A stretch of DNA of 32,000 nt from Mycolicibacterium smegmatis (GCF_001457595.1 NZ_LN831039.1:1590001-1622000), one strand, 5' to 3'; positions 16,645 to 27,615 are shown, counted from the first letter of the stretch. Notes: a model not told the origin generated them from the letters alone. Translations and numbers: made by a program.

Positions 16645-17860
16645 GCCCGCCGACGAACGTCGTCGCGGAAAGCTCTGGTTCACCGGCCAATTCGATCGAA
16701 TCCAGGCGCGGCAGCAATTCGCTGAACAAACTGTTCATCTCCATGCGGGCCAGGGCCGCGCCCAGGCAGAAGTGCACGCCGTACCCGAACGCGAGGTGCT
16801 TGTTGGGATCACGGCCGACGTCGAAGCGGAACGGGTCGGTGAAAACCTCTTCGTCGCGGTTGCCGGAAACGTATGCCAGGTAGACGGATTCGCCCTTGGC
16901 GATCGGCACACCGCGCACCTCGGTGTCCTCGGCGGCCGTGCGCATGAACTCCTTGACCGGTGTGGACCACCGGATCATCTCCTCGACCGCGGTGCCCATG
17001 AGGCCCGGATCGGCCTTGAGTCGCGCGAGTTCACCCGGGTTCTCGATCAGGGCGTGCAGACCGCCCGAGATCGCGTCCTTGGTGGTGTCGTGGCCCGCGC
17101 TCGCGACTATGACGTAGTAGGACAACGTGTCCATGTCCGACATCAGTTCACCATCGACGCGACCGTTGGCGATGGCCGACGCCAGGTCATCGGTCGGGTT
17201 CTCACGTCGCGAATTGGTCAGGGCCGAGAAGTAATTGAAGAAGTCGGTGAGTACCGCCATCTGTTCTTCGACCGTGGTCCCGCGCTTGTACTCGTCGTCG
17301 TCGCCGCCGAACATCTCCTGGGTCAGCATGTGCATGCGCCCGAAATCCTCCTCGGGCAGGCCGAGCAGCGACAGGATCACGTACAGCGGGAAGTTCACCG
17401 CGATGTCGGTGACGAAGTCGCACTCCGGGCCGATCTCGCGCATCTTGTCGACGTAGATCCTGGCCAGTTCGTCCACGCGAACCTTCAACTCGCGCATGGC
17501 CTTCGGGCGGAACCAGTCGGCGCCGATGGCGCGCACCTTCCGATGGTGCGGGTCGTCCATGTGGATCAGCGTGCGCAGCCCGATGCCCATCTCCTGCTGC
17601 GACCGGCCCAGGTCGTCGGCCTCAGCGGTCGCCAGAAGCGGCCGGGGAGCCGACAGCCACAGATCGTTGGCGCGTTCGATCGCCATGATGTCGGCGTGCT
17701 TGGTGATCGCCCAGAACGGGCGATACGGCGCCTGGTCCACCCACGCCACCGGGTTCTCGGCCCGCAGCCGGGCCAAGGCCTCGTGCAGCCTTGCGTCGTC
17801 GGCATAAGCGGTCGGGTCGGCCAACGCCTTGGCGGCGTCATCCATGGTCGGCGTGCTCAT
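16610..17860 (-). CDS. cytochrome P450, CYP108 (P450terp)-like, copy 1
   Basis: This is 416 codons from ATG 17860 (MSTPTMDDAAK...) behind GAGGAG. The heme loop is FGYGVHFCLGAALARME, the I-helix is ASAGHDTT, and the ExxR region is EEMIRWSTPV. The upstream part of the track ORF is an artefact. Confidence 0.9.
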   Translation of the reverse strand: MSTPTMDDAAKALADPTAYADDARLHEALARLRAENPVAWVDQAPYRPFWAITKHADIMAIERANDLWLSAPRPLLATAEADDLGRSQQEMGIGLRTLIHMDDPHHRKVRAIGADWFRPKAMRELKVRVDELARIYVDKMREIGPECDFVTDIAVNFPLYVILSLLGLPEEDFGRMHMLTQEMFGGDDDEYKRGTTVEEQMAVLTDFFNYFSALTNSRRENPTDDLASAIANGRVDGELMSDMDTLSYYVIVASAGHDTTKDAISGGLHALIENPGELARLKADPGLMGTAVEEMIRWSTPVKEFMRTAAEDTEVRGVPIAKGESVYLAYVSGNRDEEVFTDPFRFDVGRDPNKHLAFGYGVHFCLGAALARMEMNSLFSELLPRLDSIELAGEPELSATTFVGGLKHLPIRYSVR

Positions 17861-17876
17861 TCGGCTCCTCACACAA

Positions 17877-17923
17877 CACTGCGCTTGACGGGTGTCAAGC
17901 GCAGTGTATGTGATCGGGCTTAC
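17877..17923 (-). promoter_or_regulatory. conserved P450 5' module, copy 1: 13-bp-arm perfect palindrome plus conserved block
   Basis: CACTGCGCTTGAC-GGGT-GTCAAGCGCAGTG lies at 17877..17906, followed by the block TGTATGTGATCGGGCTTAC to 17923. The module is repeated upstream of copy 2. Confidence 0.5.
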
Positions 17924-17963
17924 GGTTCTCTGAGATTTGAGACCCGGGCCACGCGCAACGGTG

Positions 17964-19214
17964 TCAGCGCACCGAGTACCGGATCGGCAGGTGCTTGAGG
18001 CCGCCGACGAACGTCGTCGCCATGAACTCCGGGTCGCCGGCCAGTTCGATGGACTCCAGCCGGGGGATGAGCTCGGTGAAGAAGCTGTTGATCTCCATCC
18101 TGGCGAGTGCCGCGCCCAGGCAGAAGTGCACGCCGTAGCCGAATGACAGGTGCTTGTTGGGGTCGCGGCCCACGTCGAATTTGTCCGCGTTCTCGAAGAT
18201 TTCCTCGTCACGGTTGGCCGAGACGTACGACAGCAGGACCGACTCGCCCTCCTTGATCGGCACGCCGCGCACCTCGGTGTCGCGCGTGGCGGTGCGCATG
18301 AACTCCTTGACCGGGGCGGACCAACGGATGATCTCCTCGGTCGCCAGCGGCATAAGGCTCATGTCGGCCTTGAGACGCGCGAGCTGATCCTGATTCTCGG
18401 TCAGGGCCAGCAGGCCGCCGGAGATGGCCGCGCTGGTGGTGTCGTGTCCGGCGCTGGCGACGATCACGTAGTAGGACAGGCAGTCGACGTCGTTGAGGTA
18501 CTCGCCGTTGAGCTTGGCGTTGGCGATCGCCGATGCCAGATCCTCGGTCGGGTTGGCGCGGCGATCGGCGGTGAGCTCGGTGAAGTAGTTGAAGAAGTCC
18601 AGGATGACCGCGTTGAGCTCCTCGGCGCTGCTGCCGCGGCCCATCTCGTCGTCGTCGTTGCCGAACAGCTCCTGGGTGAGCTTGAGCATCCGGTCGAAAT
18701 CCGATTCGGGCAGGCCGAGCAGCGACAGGATCACGTACAGCGGATAGTTGACCGCGACCTCCTGGACGAAGTCGCACTCCGGACCCTTCTCCACCAGCTT
18801 GTCGACGTAGATCTTGGCGAGCTCGTCCACGCGTTCCTTCAGCGCCCGCATCGCCTTCGGGCGGAACCAGTCGGCGCCGATCTTGCGGATGTCGCGGTGC
18901 AGCGGGTCGTCCATGTGGATCAGGGTGCGGATGCCGCCGCCCGCGGCGAGGTTGGCCTTGGCCAGATCGTCCTTCTCCTTGGTGATCAGCATGGGCCGCG
19001 GGGCGTTGATGAACAGCTCGTTGTCGCGCTCGATCGCCATCACGTCGGCGTGCTTGGTGATTGCCCAGAAGGGGTAGTAGCCGGGCACGTCGACGTAGGC
19101 AACGGGGGTCTGCGAGCGCAGCTCGGCGAGCGCGGCATGCAGCCGCGGTTCGTCGGCATACGCTCTCGGCTCGGCCAGCACTCGGGCAGCGTCGTTGATA
19201 ACCGGGGTGCTCAT
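17964..19214 (-). CDS. cytochrome P450, CYP108 (P450terp)-like, copy 2
   Basis: This is 416 codons from ATG 19214 (MSTPVINDAAR...). It has the same heme loop FGYGVHFCLGAALARME, is colinear with copy 1, and has the same C-terminus GGLKHLPIRYSVR. Confidence 0.9.
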   Translation of the reverse strand: MSTPVINDAARVLAEPRAYADEPRLHAALAELRSQTPVAYVDVPGYYPFWAITKHADVMAIERDNELFINAPRPMLITKEKDDLAKANLAAGGGIRTLIHMDDPLHRDIRKIGADWFRPKAMRALKERVDELAKIYVDKLVEKGPECDFVQEVAVNYPLYVILSLLGLPESDFDRMLKLTQELFGNDDDEMGRGSSAEELNAVILDFFNYFTELTADRRANPTEDLASAIANAKLNGEYLNDVDCLSYYVIVASAGHDTTSAAISGGLLALTENQDQLARLKADMSLMPLATEEIIRWSAPVKEFMRTATRDTEVRGVPIKEGESVLLSYVSANRDEEIFENADKFDVGRDPNKHLSFGYGVHFCLGAALARMEINSFFTELIPRLESIELAGDPEFMATTFVGGLKHLPIRYSVR

Positions 19215-19238
19215 ATCTGGAACCTCACTCGGGCTGAA

Positions 19239-19278
19239 CTTGACGGGTGTCAAGAACACTGTATGTGATCGGGCTTAC
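19239..19278 (-). promoter_or_regulatory. conserved P450 5' module, copy 2
   Basis: CTTGAC-GGGT-GTCAAG lies at 19239..19254, followed by CACTGTATGTGATCGGGCTTAC at 19257..19278. It sits at the same offset from the ATG as in copy 1. Confidence 0.45.
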
Positions 19279-19354
19279 ATATGCGTAAGCAAGCTCCGGC
19301 CGCGCCGTCACGCGATCACCCGTGAGCCGTGCCCCGGCCCAGTAGGCTCAGCGC

Positions 19355-20941
19355 ATGCGGCGGGCCCGGCAGGTGAGCGCGCTGCTGTTCGGGCTTGTCA
19401 TCGTGCTGAACGCAGCCGTGGTCGGGTGCCGCGCCGCCGAGGCGCCGGTGGCGACCGACCCGGTCGTCGTGCACACGGCATCGGGAACCGTCCGCGGCCT
19501 GGTCGCCGAGGGGCATCGGCTGTTCGCGGGCATCCCATACGCGGCGCCCCCGGTCGGGTCGCTGCGCTTCGCCGCGCCCGAACCCGCCGCGAGCTGGCCC
19601 GGCGAACGCGACGCGACCCGGCCGGGGCCGCGTTGTGTCCAGGACCCCGACGCCGATCTGGAGCACGGCGACAACTCCGGCGAAGACTGCCTGACGCTCA
19701 ATGTGTGGACCCCTCCGGTGGGCAAGGACCTGCGACCGGTCATGGTGTGGATCCACGGCGGTGGATTCGTCAACGGCAGCAGCGACGTCTACGACGCCTC
19801 CCGGCTCGCGGCGCGCGGTGACATCGTCGTCGTCACCGTCAACTACCGGCTCGGCACCCTCGGGTTCCTTGCCCACCCGGCGCTCGGGCCGGCTGGCGAG
19901 GTCGGCAACTACGGCATCGCCGACCAGCAGGCGGCGCTGCGGTGGGTGCGCGACAACATCGCCGCGTTCGGCGGCGACCCGCAGCGGGTCACGCTCGCGG
20001 GCGAGTCGGCGGGCGGGACATCGGTGTGCGACCACCTGGTCGCGCCGGGATCGGCGGGGTTGTTCGACGCGGTGGTCCTGATGAGTGCGCCGTGTCAGGT
20101 TCAGGCCGATCTGCCCACCGCCGAGCAGCGCAGCGTCGCCTACGCGGCCGAGGCCGGCTGTCCCGACCCGGCGAGCGCGGGCGACTGCCTGCGCGCGCTT
20201 CCTGTGGATCGACTGCGAAAACCGGTGTGGTACTTCAACATCGGCAGCGACCAGATGACGACACCGGTCACCGGGACCGCGATGCTGCCACGCGCGCCGC
20301 TGGGGTCGCTCGGTGAAGCGCCCGATGTGCCGGTGCTGATCGGCACCACCCGCGACGAGTTCACGCTGTTCGTCGCGTTGCGCTACCTGCGCCAGGACCA
20401 GCGGTTCACACCCGAGGAATACCCCGAACTGCTGCGGCAGACGTTCGGCGCCGACGCCGACGCGGTCGGCGCCCACTATCCACTGGAGCGCTACGGCGGT
20501 GCGGCGCAAGCATATTCGGCCGCAGTCACCGACAGCGCATTCTCGTGCGTCGCCGAGCAGATGGCCGATGAGCTACCCGGCACGGTGTACGCCTACGAGT
20601 TCGCCGACCGCGACGCGCCCGCGCCCGAGGTCATGCGGACCCTGCCGTTCCCGGTCGGCGCGAGCCACTCCCTGGAACTGCGGTATCTCTTCGACGTCGG
20701 CGGCGCCCCGCCGCTCAACCCCCGACAACAGGCGTTGGCAGATCAGATGATTGGATACTGGAGCCAGTTCGTGCGCACCGGCGATCCAGCGGCCGAGGAC
20801 CAACCCGAGTGGCCGGCCTACTCGGCCTCTGAATCGTCTGGTCGACAGTGGATGTCATTGCGGCCCGACGGCAGCCGGATGGCAAGCGATTTCGGAGAGG
20901 AACATCAATGCCCGTTCTGGGTGGGGCTGAAGGAGAAGTGA
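19355..20941 (+). CDS. type-B carboxylesterase/lipase (para-nitrobenzyl esterase-like), probable lipoprotein
   Basis: GIPYAAPPVG, the oxyanion region WIHGGGF, and the GESAGG nucleophile elbow are present. The N-terminus MRRARQVSALLFGLVIVLNAAVVGC has a lipobox-like VVGC. Confidence 0.9.
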   Translation: MRRARQVSALLFGLVIVLNAAVVGCRAAEAPVATDPVVVHTASGTVRGLVAEGHRLFAGIPYAAPPVGSLRFAAPEPAASWPGERDATRPGPRCVQDPDADLEHGDNSGEDCLTLNVWTPPVGKDLRPVMVWIHGGGFVNGSSDVYDASRLAARGDIVVVTVNYRLGTLGFLAHPALGPAGEVGNYGIADQQAALRWVRDNIAAFGGDPQRVTLAGESAGGTSVCDHLVAPGSAGLFDAVVLMSAPCQVQADLPTAEQRSVAYAAEAGCPDPASAGDCLRALPVDRLRKPVWYFNIGSDQMTTPVTGTAMLPRAPLGSLGEAPDVPVLIGTTRDEFTLFVALRYLRQDQRFTPEEYPELLRQTFGADADAVGAHYPLERYGGAAQAYSAAVTDSAFSCVAEQMADELPGTVYAYEFADRDAPAPEVMRTLPFPVGASHSLELRYLFDVGGAPPLNPRQQALADQMIGYWSQFVRTGDPAAEDQPEWPAYSASESSGRQWMSLRPDGSRMASDFGEEHQCPFWVGLKEK

Positions 20942-20942
20942 C

Positions 20943-21308
20943 GTGACGGCGCCGATCGGGACGCCGGATCCGCAGCGGTTCGCCGAAGCGTGGGTCGCGG
21001 CGTGGAACGCCCACGACGTCGAGGCCGTCCTCGCGCACTTTCACGACGACGTGCTGTTCAGCTCACCGGTGGCCACGCGCGTGCTGCCCGACAGCGGTGG
21101 CGTGGTACGCGGCAAGGACGCGCTGAGGTCGTACTGGACCACGGCCCTGGCCGGCATGCCCGACCTGCATTTCGAGGTCGTCGACGTCTACCGCGGCGTG
21201 AACACGCTGGTGATCCAGTACCGCAACCAGCGCGGTGGCCTGGTCAACGAGGTGCTGATCTTCGACGGCCACCTGGTGCGCGAGGGGCACGGAACGTATC
21301 TGGTGTAG
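20943..21308 (+). CDS. SnoaL-like / NTF2-fold protein
   Basis: FAEAWVAAWNAHDVEAVLAHFHDDVLF is the typical SnoaL_2 N-terminal helix. The protein is 121 aa. The GTG start lies 1 nt after the esterase stop. Confidence 0.7.
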   Translation: MTAPIGTPDPQRFAEAWVAAWNAHDVEAVLAHFHDDVLFSSPVATRVLPDSGGVVRGKDALRSYWTTALAGMPDLHFEVVDVYRGVNTLVIQYRNQRGGLVNEVLIFDGHLVREGHGTYLV

Positions 21309-21777
21309 CCGGGGTCACCCACGTCGTGATGTCGGCGTGCACCACCTCGACCCCACGGCGGTCGGTGACGCTGACCGGTACGACGACGTCGGCGCCTTCG
21401 GTGATCGAGGTGAAGTCAGGCGGGGTGAGGCGGGCCGTCGCACGCAACGACGTCGTGGCCTTCGCCAGATAGGAGACCGTCATGCCCTTGGGGATCCAGC
21501 GGTGGGTGCTCGGCACGGTCGCCTCCATGAGCATGCCCATCGCCATCTCGGCCGCATTGCACGACGCGATCGCGTGCACGGTGTGCAGGTGGTTGTGGAC
21601 GAGGAACCACTTGGGCACCGTGACCTCGGCACGGCCTGGTTCCATGTGGACCACGTGCGGCACGATCGACGCGAAATAGGGCACGCGCGCCACGGCCGCC
21701 GCGGAGAACAGGCGCGTCCCCAGCGGTATGCCCGCCAACCGCTGCCAGGCGCGGTAAGTGCTGGTGGAAAGTGTCAC
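21244..21777 (-). CDS. hotdog-fold thioesterase-like protein (DUF4442 / PaaI-like)
   Basis: This is the C-terminal 177 codons of track ORF 21244..22224. The sequence VPYFASIVPHVVHMEPGRAEVTVPKWFLVHNHLHTVHAIASCNAAEMAMG matches the DUF4442 pattern from memory. The start is set at GTG 21777. The upstream 149 codons are Arg/Pro-rich and cover the rpsJ leader. Confidence 0.65.
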   Translation of the reverse strand: MTLSTSTYRAWQRLAGIPLGTRLFSAAAVARVPYFASIVPHVVHMEPGRAEVTVPKWFLVHNHLHTVHAIASCNAAEMAMGMLMEATVPSTHRWIPKGMTVSYLAKATTSLRATARLTPPDFTSITEGADVVVPVSVTDRRGVEVVHADITTWVTPATPDTFRAPRAPGGRRRSAPR

Positions 21778-21878
21778 GGACGGAAATCTTCGTCGAGCGT
21801 GGGGGCTGTGTACGCTCGATGGGGATTTTGCGTGCACAAGGCCCACGCTCGGCCCCGGTCGGGGCATATCGGGGGGAT

Positions 21879-21907
21879 TTGGAGCACGCGCGGATCTAAG
21901 GCATACT
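21879..21907 (+). promoter_or_regulatory. candidate rpsJ-operon promoter (TTGGAG-N17-CATACT)
   Basis: This is the best -35/-10-like pair by eye in the 415-bp region upstream of rpsJ. It would give a leader of about 280 nt. It is weak evidence only. Confidence 0.25.
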
Positions 21908-22192
21908 GTTCGGGTTGCCTTGCGCCGGGTACGCACCTGGCCGGGCATCCGACCCGCGTCCCCACGGACGCATCCGGTCCACCTTCGATCGTGACGAATT
22001 TTCGGCCCGATCGGAAAAGTGAGAGGGCGACACGCCCGACCGCGGGGACCGGTGAACCACAGACAGGTAAACAGCGGCGGCAAGCCTCGGCGCGTATGTG
22101 TGCCGGGCACCAGGCCCGACGGGTGGCAGTGAGTTCTCACTGCGCCTGATAAGGCCGGCCGATGTACGAAGTAGGAGCGAGGTAGGAGAAGC

Positions 22193-22498
22193 GTGGCGGG
22201 ACAGAAGATCCGCATCAGGCTCAAGGCCTACGACCATGAGGCCATTGATGCCTCTGCGCGCAAGATCGTCGAAACGGTCACCCGTACCGGCGCCAGTGTG
22301 GTGGGCCCTGTGCCGCTGCCGACCGAGAAGAACGTGTACTGCGTCATTCGGTCTCCGCACAAGTACAAGGACTCGCGGGAGCACTTCGAGATGCGCACGC
22401 ACAAGCGGTTGATCGACATTCTCGACCCGACGCCCAAGACCGTTGACGCTCTCATGCGCATCGATCTGCCGGCAAGCGTCGACGTCAACATCCAGTAG
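22193..22498 (+). CDS. rpsJ: 30S ribosomal protein S10 (uS10)
   Basis: [29 protein letters not shown]...; GTG start behind GGAG. Confidence 0.97.
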
Positions 22499-22512
22499 GA
22501 GACCCAGAACAA

Positions 22513-23166
22513 ATGGCTAGAAAAGGCATTTTGGGCACCAAGCTGGGCATGACGCAGGTGTTCGACGAGAACAACAAAGTCGTCCCGGTGACCGTCGTCA
22601 AGGCCGGTCCGAACGTGGTGACCCGTATCCGTACCACCGAGCGTGACGGCTACAGCGCCGTGCAGCTCGCCTACGGCGAGATCAGCCCCCGCAAGGTGAT
22701 CAAGCCCGTCGCGGGCCAGTTCGCCGCCGCGGGTGTGAACCCGCGCCGCCACGTCGCCGAGCTGCGTCTCGACGACGAGGCCGCTGTCGCCGAGTACGAG
22801 GTCGGCCAGGAACTGACCGCTGAGATCTTCAGCGACGGTGCCTACGTCGACGTGACCGGCACCAGCAAGGGCAAGGGCTTCGCCGGCACCATGAAGCGCC
22901 ACGGCTTCCGTGGCCAGGGCGCCGCGCACGGTGCCCAGGCCGTGCACCGCCGTCCCGGCTCCATCGGTGGCTGCGCCACCCCCGGCCGCGTGTTCAAGGG
23001 CACCCGCATGTCGGGCCGCATGGGCAACGACCGCGTGACGACCCAGAACCTGAAGGTGCACAAGGTCGACGCCGAGAACGGCGTGCTGTTGATCAAGGGC
23101 GCCATCCCCGGACGCAACGGTGGTCTGGTGGTTGTCCGCAGCGCAATCAAGCGAGGCGAGAAGTAA
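22513..23166 (+). CDS. rplC: 50S ribosomal protein L3 (uL3)
   Basis: [28 protein letters not shown]... in the canonical operon position. Confidence 0.97.
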
Positions 23167-23813
23167 TGACACTCAAAGTTGACGTGAAGACGCCGGCCGG
23201 CAAGACGGACGGTTCTGTCGAGCTGCCTGCCGAGCTGTTCGACGTCGAGCCCAACATCGCGCTGATGCACCAGGTGGTCACCGCGCAGTTGGCCGCGAAG
23301 CGTCAGGGCACGCACTCGACCAAGACCCGCGGCGAGGTCTCCGGCGGCGGCAAGAAGCCGTACCGCCAGAAGGGCACCGGCCGTGCGCGTCAGGGTTCGA
23401 CCCGTGCACCGCAGTTCACCGGCGGTGGCACCGTCCACGGCCCCAAGCCGCGCGACTACAGCCAGCGGACCCCGAAGAAGATGATCGCCGCCGCCCTGCG
23501 CGGTGCGCTGAGCGACCGGGCCCGCAACGACCGGATCCACGCGGTCACCGAACTCGTCGAGGGTCAGACCCCGTCGACCAAGAGCGCCAAGACGTTCCTG
23601 GGGACGCTGACGGAAAACAAGAAGGTGCTCGTCGTCATCGGTCGCACCGATGAGGTCGGCGCCAAGAGCGTGCGCAATTTGCCTGGCGTGCATGTGATCT
23701 CGCCCGATCAGCTGAACACCTACGACGTGCTCAACGCCGACGACGTGGTGTTCTCGGTCGAGGCGCTGAACGCCTACATCAGCGCGAACAGCAAAGAAGG
23801 AGCGTCGGTCTGA
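23166..23813 (+). CDS. rplD: 50S ribosomal protein L4 (uL4)
   Basis: Contains [20 protein letters not shown] overlap with rplC. Confidence 0.97.
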
Positions 23814-24115
23814 TGGCAACAATTACAGACCCCCGCGACATCATCCTGGCCCCGGTCATCTCGGAGAAGTCGTACGGGCTGATCGAGGACAACGTGTACA
23901 CGTTCGTGGTGCACCCGGATTCGAACAAGACGCAGATCAAGATCGCGATCGAGAAGATCTTCGACGTCAAGGTCGATTCGGTGAACACCGCCAACCGTCA
24001 GGGCAAGCGCAAGCGCACGCGCACCGGTTTCGGTAAGCGCAAGAGCACCAAGCGCGCCATCGTGAAGCTGGCCGCAGGCAGCAAGCCCATCGACCTGTTC
24101 GGAGCGCCGGCCTAG
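23813..24115 (+). CDS. rplW: 50S ribosomal protein L23 (uL23)
   Basis: [23 protein letters not shown]...; TGATG overlap with rplD. Confidence 0.96.
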
Positions 24116-24139
24116 TCCGGCAGAGAGACCTAGAGAAAC

Positions 24140-24976
<837 letters not shown>

Positions 24977-24997
24977 GCCGCGGAAGGAGTAGCAGCG

Positions 24998-25275
24998 ATG
25001 CCTCGTAGTCTCAAGAAAGGTCCGTTCGTCGACGACCATCTCCTGAAGAAGGTCGACGTTCAGAACGAGAAGAACACCAAGCAGGTCATCAAGACCTGGT
25101 CGCGTCGGTCGACCATCATCCCGGACTTCATCGGACACACCTTCGCGGTGCACGACGGCCGCAAGCACGTCCCGGTGTTCGTCACCGAGGCGATGGTCGG
25201 GCACAAGCTCGGCGAGTTCGCCCCGACGCGCACGTTCAAGGGTCACATCAAGGACGACCGGAAGAGCAAGCGTCG

Positions 25276-25279
<4 letters not shown>
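24998..25279 (+). CDS. rpsS: 30S ribosomal protein S19 (uS19)
   Basis: [19 protein letters not shown]...[14 protein letters not shown]. Confidence 0.97.
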
Positions 25280-26564
<1,285 letters not shown>

Positions 26565-26566
26565 AC

Positions 26567-26983
26567 ATGCTGATTCCCCGCAAGGTCAAGCACCGCAAGC
26601 AGCATCACCCCGAGCAGCGTGGCATCGCCAGCGGCGGCACGTCGGTGAGCTTCGGTGACTACGGCATCCAGGCACTGGAGCACGCCTACATCACCAACCG
26701 GCAGATCGAGTCCGCTCGTATCGCCATCAACCGGCACATCAAGCGTGGCGGCAAGGTGTGGATCAACATCTTCCCGGACCGCCCGCTCACCAAGAAGCCC
26801 GCCGAGACCCGTATGGGCTCCGGTAAGGGTTCGCCGGAGTGGTGGGTCGCCAACGTCAAGCCCGGACGCGTGCTGTTCGAGCTGAGCTACCCCGATGAGA
26901 AGACCGCCCGGGACGCACTGACCCGCGCGATCCACAAGTTGCCGATCAAGGCACGCATCGTGACCCGAGAGGAGCAGTTCTGA
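26567..26983 (+). CDS. rplP: 50S ribosomal protein L16 (uL16)
   Basis: [15 protein letters not shown]...[14 protein letters not shown]. Confidence 0.97.
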
Positions 26984-27216
26984 TGGCAGTGGGAACTACG
27001 CCTGGTGAACTGCGCGAACTGACCGACGACGAGTTGAAGGACAAGCTGCGCGAGTCGAAGGAAGAGCTGTTCAACCTGCGCTTCCAGATGGCCACCGGTC
27101 AGCTGTCGAACAACCGTCGGCTGCGTACCGTGCGCCAGGAGATTGCACGGGTCTACACCGTGCTGCGTGAACGTGAATTGGGCCTGGCATCCGGGCCTGC
27201 TGGTGAGGAATCGTAA
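26983..27216 (+). CDS. rpmC: 50S ribosomal protein L29 (uL29)
   Basis: [32 protein letters not shown]; TGATG overlap. Confidence 0.95.
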
Positions 27217-27512
27217 TGGCAGATCAAAAAGGCCCTAAGTACACCCCGGCTGCCGAGAAGCCGCGCGGCCGTCGTAAGACCGCCATCGGCTACGTCGTCA
27301 GCGACAAGATGCAGAAGACCATCGTGGTCGAGCTGGAAGATCGTAAGAGCCACCCGCTCTACGGCAAGATCATCCGGACCACCAAGAAGGTCAAGGCCCA
27401 CGACGAGAACGGTGAAGCCGGTATCGGCGACCGCGTCTCGCTGATGGAGACCCGTCCGCTGTCGGCCACCAAGCGGTGGCGCCTGGTCGAGATCCTGGAG
27501 AAGGCCAAGTAG
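27216..27512 (+). CDS. rpsQ: 30S ribosomal protein S17 (uS17)
   Basis: [45 protein letters not shown]; TAATG overlap. Confidence 0.96.
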
Positions 27513-27547
27513 GCCGACTCCGGTCCGATCAGCGACAAACACATACG

Positions 27548-27591
27548 CAGACCCCCACCCGCTCCGGCGGTGTCGGGGGTCTGTGTGTTTT
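27548..27591 (+). terminator. intrinsic terminator of the S10 operon
   Basis: CAGACCCCC (27548..27556) pairs with GGGGGTCTG (27575..27583). An inner CCGC/GCGG stem is present. The hairpin is followed by TGTGTTTTG and lies 36 nt after the rpsQ stop. Confidence 0.7.
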
Positions 27592-27615
27592 GCGGCGTTC
27601 GCGCAGGAGGTGGGG

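Noticed and set aside
17877-17906. The 13-bp-arm palindrome between the two P450 genes read as a simple intrinsic terminator of copy 2.
   Set aside because: Not fully rejected. However, a shorter version of the same palindrome, inside the same conserved module, precedes copy 2, where no upstream co-directional gene exists. There is also no U-tract. An operator or 5'-UTR element therefore seems the better primary reading.
21244-22224. A 326-aa ORF spanning the rpsJ upstream region.
   Set aside because: Only the C-terminal 177 codons look like a hotdog/DUF4442 protein. The N-terminal part is Arg/Pro/Thr-rich, would run antisense across the rpsJ start and leader, and has no motif support.
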